A stretch of DNA of 64,000 nucleotides from the IMG/VR virus record IMGVR_UViG_3300021960_000065, positions 2,565 to 66,564 of that record. One strand, given 5' to 3'. The notes beneath the pieces were generated by a model. That model ran no database searches and was not told the origin of the DNA. It saw nothing but the letters and a program-made list of their open reading frames with translations. The position numbers and the translations under genes are program-made. Source of the DNA: a virus (Duplodnaviria; Caudoviricetes). Positions 10,194-19,710 of this stretch are shown here, piece after piece (the first letter of the stretch is position 1; each line of letters opens with the position of its first letter).

Positions 10194-11767
10194 ACACCCC
10201 TGCTAAATCCACCACTACGGCTTCGGCTTCTAAACGCCTTTGACACCTCATCACTTATGGCTCTCGCCAATTTTTGAGGATCGCCACTCGCACCATTGAG
10301 GGTGATATTGACATTATTCGTGCCTCCACCACCACTCATGCCTTCAATGGTGACAGGGATTGAACGCCCGTCAGGGAGAGGCACAACGGCTTCTGTTCCG
10401 TGTAGGGCTACGGGATAGCCTGAAGTCGGCCCTTTGGCAACACCGCCATCGGAGAAGCCAAGCAAACCGCCAACAGCACCACCGATACCACCCGCAACAC
10501 TGCTGATGCCACCGACCACCATATCAATGGCATCAATGATTGGTTGAAGATAGTCCATAATGGCATCAACAATTTTTGCGAAATGACCTTTGATTCCTTC
10601 CCAAACGCCTTTCCATGTGTCACCTATGGACTTGAAAATTTTCGCTGCGCCATCCAAATCCCCTCGCAAAAGAGCCAATGCAGCACGAATAACCTTGATG
10701 ACGGTGTTCACCACACCCATAACAACAGCAAGAATGATACCCCACCATGAAACCACCATTTTTGCATACGGTGCGATGAAGGGCCATAGCACTTGGATAA
10801 TTTTCATCACTACGGCAATAATCACGCCCGTCACAACAATGATGGTTGAAACAATTTCAAACACAAGTGCGATGATGTTTCCTATGAATTCAAAAATCCC
10901 CGAATTCTGCAACCAATCCACCAAGAATTGCCACAAATCACGGATGCTTTGAAAGAAATCGCTGATTGCCGAATCCCCAAATAGTGCGGTGATAAAACCC
11001 CATAGCGTTCCAAGTGCCGTGAAAATAGATGAAATGCCATCAATGACCGTTTGAATTGCCCCTGATTCAGCCAAAGCCGTGTAAAGTGAAGTCACGAGCG
11101 TCACGCTTGTCAATACACCTTCGGATATGATTGTGAACAGGATGCCCAATGTTGTCATTATCCCGCCAAAAATTTCCTCAGCATTGAAGGGCATAGAAAC
11201 GCTCGTAGTCAGCGTTTCCCATAGAGCCAACAATTCGTCAATGATTTTTTGTCCGTTTTCAAACACGGGTGCAAACAAGCCACCGCCACCTTCACCACTT
11301 AACACGCCTTTCAAGACATCAACAGCGGTTTGGACAGCACCAAATACGGTGCTGATGATCGGCATTTCCTCCAACCAAGCGCGAAGTGAACCGCCTCCTT
11401 GATCCAACGCAGCGGTAAAGAGCATCATCACCCCAAGAATCGCCATCACCATGCCGACGATGGGAAAAATCGCCATCGTCAAGCCCTTGAACAAACCAAG
11501 AACCAATGTCAGCGGAATAGCCAAACCCTTGAGGGCTTTAGTGAGAACGCCCCCCGTTTTCGTTTGTCGCTTAAACGAACCTGTCACGCTATCCGTCGCC
11601 ATTTGGACTTTGGTGTAGGTTTTGTAAATCGGCCCTAAAGTCTTGAGAAGCATTTGGTGTTGATTGGGCAAACGGATGATTTGGTCTTGGTATTTGTTGA
11701 GGGTTTGAATGACATCAAGAAGGGCGGCATCCATGCCCATGATTTGCTTGTTTCCCCCCGCCATCAC
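10190..11767 (-). CDS. Tape measure protein
   Basis: Long amphipathic/hydrophobic helices with periodic W/F; C-terminal FSDGGV..GYPVALHGTEAVVPL typical of TMPs; follows the chaperone pair. Confidence 0.85.
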   Translation of the reverse strand: MMAGGNKQIMGMDAALLDVIQTLNKYQDQIIRLPNQHQMLLKTLGPIYKTYTKVQMATDSVTGSFKRQTKTGGVLTKALKGLAIPLTLVLGLFKGLTMAIFPIVGMVMAILGVMMLFTAALDQGGGSLRAWLEEMPIISTVFGAVQTAVDVLKGVLSGEGGGGLFAPVFENGQKIIDELLALWETLTTSVSMPFNAEEIFGGIMTTLGILFTIISEGVLTSVTLVTSLYTALAESGAIQTVIDGISSIFTALGTLWGFITALFGDSAISDFFQSIRDLWQFLVDWLQNSGIFEFIGNIIALVFEIVSTIIVVTGVIIAVVMKIIQVLWPFIAPYAKMVVSWWGIILAVVMGVVNTVIKVIRAALALLRGDLDGAAKIFKSIGDTWKGVWEGIKGHFAKIVDAIMDYLQPIIDAIDMVVGGISSVAGGIGGAVGGLLGFSDGGVAKGPTSGYPVALHGTEAVVPLPDGRSIPVTIEGMSGGGGTNNVNITLNGASGDPQKLARAISDEVSKAFRSRSRSGGFSRGV

Positions 11768-12099
11768 TTCATCCCCGCATTCATCCGTTCAAAGAAGTCT
11801 ATGTCGCTTGTGGTCTTGACAGACCTCCCCTTCGTTTGACCCACAGCGTTCTCACGCTTCAATTTGTCCATTTCTTTTGCCTCTATTTCCTTGAATGCGA
11901 CCATCGTGTAATAGTCCAAAATCACACGCTCAGGAGGCAACCCATCCCATTGATGAGGCGAGCAATTGAAGAAGCGACCCAAAAAGAAAACGGGCATTTG
12001 GTTAATCAACACAGGCAATTTGTGCTGAGATACAGGGATTTCACCCTCTCCGTTCCATGTTGTAAAGGCACGAACATCGTCAAGGGTTATTCCAAAGGG
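11764..12099 (-). CDS. Tail assembly chaperone C-terminal extension (gpT-like), reached by -1 frameshift
   Basis: The -1 frame is open from the slippery site C CCT TTG (12099-12093) to the stop at 11764; no strong start of its own. Confidence 0.75.
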   Translation of the reverse strand, partial: PFGITLDDVRAFTTWNGEGEIPVSQHKLPVLINQMPVFFLGRFFNCSPHQWDGLPPERVILDYYTMVAFKEIEAKEMDKLKRENAVGQTKGRSVKTTSDIDFFERMNAGMK

Positions 12100-12449
12100 C
12101 CTGATGGGTTGCTCATGCTTTCGGTGAGCGAATCAAACGAGGGCAGGATTTTCGCCAATTCTTGACCGACTTCAGGTCGGATGTTGAGCAATTGGCTCTT
12201 TGACAATTCGGGTTCAGTCCTCTCAATGCAATTCACGAGCAAGAATTTCCAAAAGCCACCGAAATCAATGCTTGGCTGAGGTGTGCCATCCTCACCCTGC
12301 TTCAATGAAACGAATTTAGTGAGGGCGTTTTGCCTGTCAATCCACGACAGATCCTTAACCCATACGGTCATTTCACCGAATGGGGTGTCAATCGTGTGTT
12401 CTGTTGCGTCTGTTGATGCGACCAAATCATTGGGGTTGGCTTTCTTCAT
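12087..12449 (-). CDS. Tail assembly chaperone (gpG-like), probable start MKKANP
   Basis: Lies between tail tube and TMP; slippery heptamer just before the stop. Confidence 0.75.
   Translation of the reverse strand: MKKANPNDLVASTDATEHTIDTPFGEMTVWVKDLSWIDRQNALTKFVSLKQGEDGTPQPSIDFGGFWKFLLVNCIERTEPELSKSQLLNIRPEVGQELAKILPSFDSLTESMSNPSGPLE
12093..12099 (-). promoter_or_regulatory. -1 programmed ribosomal frameshift site C CCT TTG
   Basis: X XXY YYZ heptamer in the correct phase (GGC CCT TTG GAA TAA), with the -1 frame open. Confidence 0.75.
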
Positions 12450-12792
12450 CTGTTTCACCTTCACTGACGGCTTCGGCTTCACCGCTATCGTCAGCCTCAA
12501 GGCGAGCGATTAACTCAGCCTTCGTGCCTGTGGTTGAAAGCCCACGCTGACTACAAAGTGTCATCAATTCAGTCTTGTTCATTGACTCATAGTCGGTGGG
12601 TGTTTCTTCAACAGGTGCGGGCGTGGATAGTGGTTCAGGGACAGGTGGTGCGGGAGGGGTGATATTCACCGTTGCCTCCACATTTAACGGGGACAAATTC
12701 CCTGCGCTGACAATCACACCATCAGGCATGACAGTCCAATCAAGAGAAGTCTTTCGCCCGTCAATAATCACATACCCTGTTAGCCTTACCAT
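12427..12792 (-). CDS. SAP-domain protein
   Basis: YESMNKTELMTLCSQRGLSTTGTKAELIARLE matches the SAP consensus. Confidence 0.8.
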   Translation of the reverse strand: MVRLTGYVIIDGRKTSLDWTVMPDGVIVSAGNLSPLNVEATVNITPPAPPVPEPLSTPAPVEETPTDYESMNKTELMTLCSQRGLSTTGTKAELIARLEADDSGEAEAVSEGETDEESQPQ

Positions 12793-12829
12793 CTGTATCA
12801 ACCCTCACATTTGTCGCATATAATCCTTT

Positions 12830-15031
12830 TCACAGAATTGGATATGGATTTGTTTCTTCCACTTTAAGATGTCGCACCGCCAACTCCACATTTGCTGTGA
12901 CCGGGCCTTTGTCATCAGGGATGGGCATTTCAGCCTTCAATACCGTGTAGTCCTCAATCGTAATGGTCGCTTTTTGACGGTTGCTTGCCGAACCCGGTTT
13001 GCTCAACACAATCGTAATGTCGTTGGTGTTCAAGAAGTGCTTTCGCTGTCGCAATTGCTCAAAGAAGCGGTTGTCCTCCACCAATGCGTTGAATTTGAAG
13101 GTGTATTCTCGCTGTGCTTCGGTGATTTCAGTGGCGTAATTGACCGCCGCCTCCGACACTTGATCGGTGGATGCGTATGTGCCGTCTGTTCCACGAATGT
13201 AATAGCGAGCCGTGTTGGTGTTGTTCACGCTGAATTCCAATTGCGTAGCACGAACCACAGGTGCGCCAAAGGCACTGAAAATGATGTGTTGAAACAAATA
13301 GGGTTTTTCACCGTTCACGGCAATACCCGACACCCTTCGCTTGATATTGGTGTTGGCGGTGTTCTCAAACAGTCGGTGAGGCGTGACAAAGCGTGACTCC
13401 GTGTCGGTGAACATACGGGTGGCTTCGTATTCGCCATTCAATTTGACTTCACCTTCGGTGTCAGCCGAACAGGTCACGCTGTTCACCTTGCACCCTGAGA
13501 ACACACGCAATAGGTGTTCCGAGCCGGGTGTAGCATCGCTCTTTCGGAATGATTGTTCAATAGCGAAGGTTGGGACACTGCTGTTTCCATAGAAGGTGTG
13601 AGTGATGCCATATCGCAATTCGTTGGTGGTGGCGAGGATAGCGGGGCTTCCTCTTCGTGTTGCGCCTTGTGTTGAATCGTAGGTGAAAATGATGCGGTCA
13701 ATGCCGCAGGATGTAGCGGTGTGAGTGAGGCAAAATGGTTCTTCAACATACACATACGCACCGTCAATAGCGATGACCCTGCGGATTTCATGTTTGTTGA
13801 TGGTAGGCAATTCATCATCAGCACCGGGAATTTGGATGGTGTCTTTGTCCACGATTTGAATGTATTCGCCCACGCTAAAACGCCCTGCAATCGTTGATCC
13901 GACATCCACACGAATGTCACCGTGTGCGATGTCGGCTTCCAATTTAGCGAGAATATAAACCACAGCATTGGTTTGGTTTGCTCTCGTCACAGCGTCAGCG
14001 GTGCTAATCGTAGCACAGCCCGACAGGGTGGTTGTTGATGCACTCGTATAAGACCCGTAAAGCATTGAAAGACCATCCGATGAAAGCGTTTTGAAAACAC
14101 CTCCCGTTGCCCCTGCATTTTCGTGAGTTTGAGCATATGTTGAAGATGTTAGGTTAATTGTTGAACCCGTTCCTGTTCCCGCACTTCTTGCACCAAGCAA
14201 AGCATCAGCATTTAGATCAATGTTTGAACCTATGCCCACCGCCCCTGTGCCTGAGTCCACACCTGTCACAGCATCGGTGTTCGCACTTCCGTATTGCTGT
14301 GCTTGAAACGAAGCCGAAGCACCGTAATTGATGTTTAAGGGCAATTCGGTCAAAACGGTATCAGCCGCCGTGACATTTGACAATTCACCCCAACCAAGAG
14401 CCGTGTGTCCACCAAGCCCGTAGCGTAGCCAACGCAGACTGTGGGCGTTTGTGTCAAACGACCCACCTTGAAGCATTTCACGACCACTCGTGAGAATGTT
14501 CACATCACGACCCATGCCGACAATGTGTTGCTTTCGCACATCCACTTCGGGTTCAGGGAGAGCGAATGAATTGAGCAAACCCAAGAATTGATCTGCTTTG
14601 ATTCTGTCATCAGGCGTAGCGTAGGTCATTTCAGCATCCATTGTCGGAATGCGTGCCGAATCAATGATGAAATAATCACCCGTGTTTGCCGTGATAGCAC
14701 CCGTAGTGGCGAGGCGTGGTGAAATGGTGATGGTGGTGTCGGTGTTTGCTGTGATGTAATACGACCTGCGGGTTGAAGCAAAATCATCAGCAGTTAAGGC
14801 GTTTGAACCACCCGATGAATAAATGCGAAGGGTTGCACCCACAAGCATATTCTTGGGGACTTCTTGATACCAATAGACATTTGACCCAATCGTAATGACA
14901 CTTGAATTGTCGGTTGAGCCGTTTGCGGTAGCCCATCCCGTTGAAGCATTGTCGCCTTGTCCAAAGAAACCCGTTTCCTTAGCCATTGACACCTCAACCA
15001 AATCACCCTTATACACTTGATTTACTGCCAT
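12830..15031 (-). CDS. Major tail tube protein with large inserted beta domains
   Basis: Tube-type segments FLGLLNSFALPEP...GGSF and PTFAIEQ...RVFSGCKVNSVTCSAD; sits between terminator and chaperone. Confidence 0.75.
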   Translation of the reverse strand: MAVNQVYKGDLVEVSMAKETGFFGQGDNASTGWATANGSTDNSSVITIGSNVYWYQEVPKNMLVGATLRIYSSGGSNALTADDFASTRRSYYITANTDTTITISPRLATTGAITANTGDYFIIDSARIPTMDAEMTYATPDDRIKADQFLGLLNSFALPEPEVDVRKQHIVGMGRDVNILTSGREMLQGGSFDTNAHSLRWLRYGLGGHTALGWGELSNVTAADTVLTELPLNINYGASASFQAQQYGSANTDAVTGVDSGTGAVGIGSNIDLNADALLGARSAGTGTGSTINLTSSTYAQTHENAGATGGVFKTLSSDGLSMLYGSYTSASTTTLSGCATISTADAVTRANQTNAVVYILAKLEADIAHGDIRVDVGSTIAGRFSVGEYIQIVDKDTIQIPGADDELPTINKHEIRRVIAIDGAYVYVEEPFCLTHTATSCGIDRIIFTYDSTQGATRRGSPAILATTNELRYGITHTFYGNSSVPTFAIEQSFRKSDATPGSEHLLRVFSGCKVNSVTCSADTEGEVKLNGEYEATRMFTDTESRFVTPHRLFENTANTNIKRRVSGIAVNGEKPYLFQHIIFSAFGAPVVRATQLEFSVNNTNTARYYIRGTDGTYASTDQVSEAAVNYATEITEAQREYTFKFNALVEDNRFFEQLRQRKHFLNTNDITIVLSKPGSASNRQKATITIEDYTVLKAEMPIPDDKGPVTANVELAVRHLKVEETNPYPIL

Positions 15032-15037
15032 TTTTCA

Positions 15038-15472
15038 TCACGCTACTGTCGGTAAGGCTTGGGCGAAGGTGACGACCTCCGCTTGCATTGTGTAGCGAAA
15101 CATTCGTTTGCTACGATCTGACAAGTCTGTTCTTGTCTTGAAAATGAGTCGGTCAAAATTAACCCCATCGCCTTTGCGATTTGAGTGAAGAATCCTCCGC
15201 ACTTCGTCACGAAGGGCTGACAAACGCTCACGGCTTTTCACGGTGCGAATGTCAATGGTGAGGTTAATGTGTTCATTGACAAAATCAAAGAACAATTCAG
15301 GTTGGGCTTCGTTGTGAGCCGTTTCAAAAATACGGATAATGTCGTGGTCTTGAAGGCGTGTCCTTTTGCCTTCGCCAACATCCACATTGGCAATATCCAA
15401 AATGGATGGCTTAGGCGACACATTCCAATTGCGGTCAAGCAACGAAACCACCGTAGCAATTGCGTCACTCAC
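15038..15472 (-). CDS. Tail terminator/completion protein
   Basis: 144 aa; LTIDIRT...LRDEVRRIL pattern; directly upstream of the tube gene. Confidence 0.6.
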   Translation of the reverse strand: MSDAIATVVSLLDRNWNVSPKPSILDIANVDVGEGKRTRLQDHDIIRIFETAHNEAQPELFFDFVNEHINLTIDIRTVKSRERLSALRDEVRRILHSNRKGDGVNFDRLIFKTRTDLSDRSKRMFRYTMQAEVVTFAQALPTVA

Positions 15473-15737
15473 CCCTCATCGCCTCCGTGAATCGTGCTAA
15501 AGCACTCGCCCTATTTGAAGCGAATGGGTTGGACTCCTTATGCGTTTGCATGATTTTAGCCAAATCCTCATCGGATAACTCAATCCCATCCTCTTGGTAT
15601 GTTCTTTTTTCATATTCAGCCATGCGTTCAAGGTGTGCTTCGCCATTCTCCGCTTCATCCATCAATGCACGCTGCAATTCCTTGCTTGCTTCGTGCATTC
15701 GCTGAAACATTTTGATGACTCCTTCCAAGCACCTCAC
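15465..15737 (-). CDS. Hypothetical acidic helical protein
   Basis: Coupled ORF in the neck region. Confidence 0.55.
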   Translation of the reverse strand: MRCLEGVIKMFQRMHEASKELQRALMDEAENGEAHLERMAEYEKRTYQEDGIELSDEDLAKIMQTHKESNPFASNRASALARFTEAMRGE

Positions 15738-15910
15738 TCCTTCATCGCATCCATTCCTGCATCCGTTGCCTTCGCTTTGACATTACAAGTGCCACACAGG
15801 TCACGGCCCGATGTGTTGCTTTCAATCCTGCCGTATTTGCCGCAATCAGCACAATGATCAATGATTCTTCCTTTTGGTGTCACTTGTCGTTGTGGTGCTT
15901 TTTCAATCAT
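15734..15910 (-). CDS. Small zinc-ribbon protein (58 aa, below ORF-track cutoff)
   Basis: MIEKAPQRQ...HCADCGKY...LCGTC...; fills the gap exactly. Confidence 0.6.
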   Translation of the reverse strand: MIEKAPQRQVTPKGRIIDHCADCGKYGRIESNTSGRDLCGTCNVKAKATDAGMDAMKE

Positions 15911-15914
15911 GTTA

Positions 15915-17531
15915 TCAGCCTCCCATTCCCGCTACAATGATGCTTTCTTGAAACGGCACGAGCAATTTGGACACTTCCGCTTCTAATTTTTGATGCTTCT
16001 GTGAAATATCAATGTTTTGCGTGCCTTCGGGGAACATAACGCTGTAATCATCACTCATCAAAATATCCATGACGACCAATTTGGTGCAAGCCTCTTGAAT
16101 GGATTTATCCACATACCTGTTGCCGTAAATGTAGGCACAGCGTAGGGAATGGTTCTCAAAGAACGGGTATTCGTTGTTGAAGGCAACCATACCGTTTTCC
16201 TCAACAGACCACCATGATTTTTGGCGTTCTTCGTCTGTAATGTCACATTTGAATGACACTTGATGGATAACATCATCCTCAGCGATATTGCCGTCAAAGT
16301 CGTTTTGTTGGTCGCTGACAATGGTGAAAGTCGTGCCTGAAAGGGTGCAAAGAGCGATACGGTTGGTTGTTCCGCTTTTGATGAACACCAACGCATGACT
16401 CTTGACGAAACCGCCCGCACTATCCACCGTGAACGAAGTGGCAGGTGAACCCGTCACGCTCGTCACCGTAGCGGTATGCTCGTTGTATTTGTTGCTGTCA
16501 TAGGTGAGGGCTGTGTTGTGAGTCACGGCAATTGTAGCGTTTGCACCACCTTCGGTGCTACGCATGGATGAAATTTCCACTACACCGTCACCGTTGTCGC
16601 TATTGGCAATAGCCAAGAATTCGTCATGGACATTCAACGCCGCGCTCGCACTCTCCCTATTCTCAGCCGTTAGTGAGCCAATTTGAATTGCCGATTTCTT
16701 GAATTCGGGGTCTTTGTTCACAAGCGCACCAATGTTCTCGGCAGCGGATTTGTGATCAAAATCCCCCCTCCATTTCGTCTGTGCATCCGAACCTTCGGTT
16801 AGCGTAGCCACACCGTTAGCACCGGGACACAGGACGATGGATTCGCCTGACACGAGGGTGTGGTCGCTGACCTGCAACCCAATTCGTGCCGCCGCCATTT
16901 CACGATAATAGTCGCCCTGCCACGCACCCATTTTGAGAATGCGTTGAATGTTGCCGTTTTGTAGGAAAATAGCACCCACATAATCCGTGTAATATCGCCT
17001 TCGGTATGGCTTGAATGTAGTGAAATTTTGATATTCCTCAGCCACCAAGCGTGGTCGCCATGCGTTTCGTGTCACTTTGTCAATGTAGTCTTGACGGGTG
17101 CGAATCAATTCTTCAACATGGCTCTTTTTGATGCCTCGCTCTTTACTGTTTGTGATAGCCGACTGATGTTGAATGTAGGCGTTGTTGGCTGTGGTGAATG
17201 ACTCAGCCCCCTCAGCCGTAGCGATGACATACACTTTGCCACCACTCCCCACCGAAGCGATTGAAGTCACGGTGTAGGTTTTGCCGAGAGCGTCAGCATC
17301 ATCATAGACCAACACCGTGTCATTAGCGGAATAACCCCACCTGCGATAATCCACACCGCTGATAGGGAATTTGATGTTTGCACCGTCAATTACCGAATCA
17401 TCGCTAAGTGCGGTTGGATCGGGCAACGGCAATTGAAGAAAGTCAGCGACATGGGCTACATCGGTATAGACCAAATCATCAGGATAAAGAGGGGCATCGG
17501 GGCGATGGCCGGGTGAAAATGTGCGTGGCAT
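15915..17531 (-). CDS. Head-tail adaptor (gp6/gp15-like) with inserted domains
   Basis: N-terminal YTDVAHVADFL, QDYIDKVT, C-terminal YIYG...IQEACTKLV pattern; follows the capsid genes. Confidence 0.65.
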   Translation of the reverse strand: MPRTFSPGHRPDAPLYPDDLVYTDVAHVADFLQLPLPDPTALSDDSVIDGANIKFPISGVDYRRWGYSANDTVLVYDDADALGKTYTVTSIASVGSGGKVYVIATAEGAESFTTANNAYIQHQSAITNSKERGIKKSHVEELIRTRQDYIDKVTRNAWRPRLVAEEYQNFTTFKPYRRRYYTDYVGAIFLQNGNIQRILKMGAWQGDYYREMAAARIGLQVSDHTLVSGESIVLCPGANGVATLTEGSDAQTKWRGDFDHKSAAENIGALVNKDPEFKKSAIQIGSLTAENRESASAALNVHDEFLAIANSDNGDGVVEISSMRSTEGGANATIAVTHNTALTYDSNKYNEHTATVTSVTGSPATSFTVDSAGGFVKSHALVFIKSGTTNRIALCTLSGTTFTIVSDQQNDFDGNIAEDDVIHQVSFKCDITDEERQKSWWSVEENGMVAFNNEYPFFENHSLRCAYIYGNRYVDKSIQEACTKLVVMDILMSDDYSVMFPEGTQNIDISQKHQKLEAEVSKLLVPFQESIIVAGMGG

Positions 17532-17541
17532 TGACTCTCAC

Positions 17542-17865
17542 CTAACCCATGATGTGACTACCCATGTTAAAGTGCATCGCATCCCCGCACACACCGCATT
17601 TGGGTGTCCAACAGAAATAAAGTGTTCCGCACCCACGACACCGTGTGCCTGAACCTATGTTTTGAATGTTTTTACGCTCGTTGCGTTTAATTTCCACCTT
17701 TTTGTTGGTGGAGAATTTCTCCATGTTTTTCTTGGAGAATAGGGATTCGCTTTCATCAAATGACGAACCCGAAGCATTGGCGATTTCAGCCATACGCAAT
17801 TTGCGCCTTCGCTGAATATCAATTGAAGTGTCAAGGTCAATTTCTTGGACTTTCATTCGTGCCAT
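17542..17865 (-). CDS. Zinc-ribbon protein
   Basis: CRGCG...CGVCG. Confidence 0.7.
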   Translation of the reverse strand: MARMKVQEIDLDTSIDIQRRRKLRMAEIANASGSSFDESESLFSKKNMEKFSTNKKVEIKRNERKNIQNIGSGTRCRGCGTLYFCWTPKCGVCGDAMHFNMGSHIMG

Positions 17866-17891
17866 TTTGGTTCACCCCCGTTGGGCGAACC

Positions 17892-18227
17892 TCATGCACG
17901 AGTGCCTGTCACCGTGATATAGACTGTTTGAGCCGACAGGTTTGTTAAGTCAGGGATTGCCGACAAAGCACCCACTGCTACATTTGGGTCGGCAGGGTTG
18001 CCGTATGCGAGCAATTTTTTGTTTGCTCGGTCATATTTCCACACAAAGCCACCACTATCGGAGTCAATGGTGACGGTTTCAATGACAGGAACATATTGAG
18101 TTAGGTCAAGCGATTCGCCCGCAGCGAGCCACGAATCATCAGGAGTGATTTTGAGGGAAGCAGAAATCCTGCTTCCTGATACTTGATTGCGTCCTAATTG
18201 CACCACTGTCAAAGCCATGTCGCTCAC
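17892..18227 (-). CDS. Small beta-rich virion protein (possible decoration protein)
   Basis: GFVWKYDRANKKLLAY; follows the capsid gene. Confidence 0.55.
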   Translation of the reverse strand: MSDMALTVVQLGRNQVSGSRISASLKITPDDSWLAAGESLDLTQYVPVIETVTIDSDSGGFVWKYDRANKKLLAYGNPADPNVAVGALSAIPDLTNLSAQTVYITVTGTRA

Positions 18228-18262
18228 CCTTCCGTATTACTATGTCATATTTAACGATATTC

Positions 18263-18859
18263 TCAATTATACACGATGACAACAAAAATTGAACCCGTGT
18301 CCGAAGCCCACGCTGTTCCTGTCGTCAATTTGATTTGCACTTTACCACAAACCATGCCTGTCCAAGGTGCGACTTCATCAATCAATGTAGCCGTTCCTGC
18401 ACTACTGAGAGTCTTGGGTGCTTCGGGGGTGGATGAATGCCCACTCACACCTGCACGCACAACGAGAGCATTCGCTTGTTGCGCGGGTGCTGCCTGAATT
18501 GCCGCACCCTCAGCCGTTTGAAATTTGTAGGGGCGTGGGGAGGCGGTGGTGTAGTCAAGGTTGCTAATTTGCTCGTGATAGGATAGGGGCAAAGCCGATC
18601 CTGCACCGTCATCCAAATCAGCATAAAGCAATTGAAATGTTCCACCATGCACTTGAGTGTTGGTGTTGGTTGTCAATTTGCTACGGGTTGCGTCAAGGAT
18701 AATGTTGTTCACTTGACCGTTGAGCGAAACATCAGCCGTCACCGTAGTGTTGCCTGACAAATCGTCTTGAGTGAATTCATAGACGAGGCGATTGACACGA
18801 GTGCGACCTGCGTATCGTGCTTCACCGTCATAGAGCGTGGCTTTGTGTTCAGCCATCAC
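18263..18859 (-). CDS. Beta-rich virion protein
   Basis: Thr/Ala/Ser-rich; in the capsid operon. Confidence 0.55.
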   Translation of the reverse strand: MMAEHKATLYDGEARYAGRTRVNRLVYEFTQDDLSGNTTVTADVSLNGQVNNIILDATRSKLTTNTNTQVHGGTFQLLYADLDDGAGSALPLSYHEQISNLDYTTASPRPYKFQTAEGAAIQAAPAQQANALVVRAGVSGHSSTPEAPKTLSSAGTATLIDEVAPWTGMVCGKVQIKLTTGTAWASDTGSIFVVIVYN

Positions 18860-19281
18860 TCGTCACCCCCGCTTGATGCGGAGGCTCTAACGGTTTCAAT
18901 GATGGTGGATTTGTTTGCACGAGCGTCAATTTCAACGCCGTTTGCTTCACACCATTCAACCATTTTTGCCTTTGTCCATGTTTCATCAAAGGACTCCGAT
19001 TCTTCCGTGATTTGTGGTGCTTCTTCCACAACAGGCTCAGGGGTTGGCTCAATAGCCTCAACCATTCGCTTTGTCTTTTCAGCAACGACTTCTTCATCAA
19101 TACCTTTTACAGACCATTGAGGGAAATTGTCGCCCTTGAATCGTTCAGCCAAGTGGCGAGGGATGTCCTCACGAGTGCTTTGACGGCTGAATCCGTATGT
19201 CACTCCACCTTCGGTGAATTCCACATAGGGTCTATCGCCCACATATTGAACGGTAATCGTCAAAAGACGACCCCCAATCAA
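18856..19281 (-). CDS. Protein with C-terminal HeH/Rho-N-like helix-extended-helix motif
   Basis: WTKAKMVEWCEANGVEIDARANKSTII. Confidence 0.6.
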   Translation of the reverse strand: MIGGRLLTITVQYVGDRPYVEFTEGGVTYGFSRQSTREDIPRHLAERFKGDNFPQWSVKGIDEEVVAEKTKRMVEAIEPTPEPVVEEAPQITEESESFDETWTKAKMVEWCEANGVEIDARANKSTIIETVRASASSGGDE

Positions 19282-19679
19282 GCGTAATACAAAAGGGTCA
19301 CTCGGTGGGTGTCGCCCGCTGTTCCTGATGCGGTGGTGAAAGCAACAGTGCTTCCCGATGCACGCACAAGCGTAGGCAATTCGTTGCCACCGCTTCGGTT
19401 GGTGACACTCAGCACTTCAAGCACCGTTCCACCGTTTCCAAGACCCGTGATTGCCACAGGCGAGCCTTCATCGGAGTCAGCGTCAGCCAAATCCACAACG
19501 GTTGGTGTGGATGCTGCCGTCACAACAACATCAACCACCATCAAGTGCAAAGCACCTGCGGCGGCGTTAGAACCGATTGGGGATTGAAGCCATGCGGTTG
19601 AGGTGTTGTCCGACCCCGACCACATTCGCTGATCCATTACTACTGCGCTGCCCGTTCCTGTCAAATTCGTGTTTGCCAT
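19278..19679 (-). CDS. Putative capsid decoration/cement protein
   Basis: Directly after the MCP gene; strong GGAGG RBS; small and beta-rich. Confidence 0.55.
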   Translation of the reverse strand: MANTNLTGTGSAVVMDQRMWSGSDNTSTAWLQSPIGSNAAAGALHLMVVDVVVTAASTPTVVDLADADSDEGSPVAITGLGNGGTVLEVLSVTNRSGGNELPTLVRASGSTVAFTTASGTAGDTHRVTLLYYA

Positions 19680-19710
19680 GTGTATTCCTCCTTGTTTCTC
19701 CTATTTAACC

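Noticed and set aside
10190-11767. Membrane transporter
   Set aside because: The hydrophobicity is explained by a tape measure protein, given position and C-terminal motif.
12830-15031. Contractile tail sheath
   Set aside because: The size fits, but the motifs look tube-like, there is no separate tube gene, and no baseplate wedge genes are seen.
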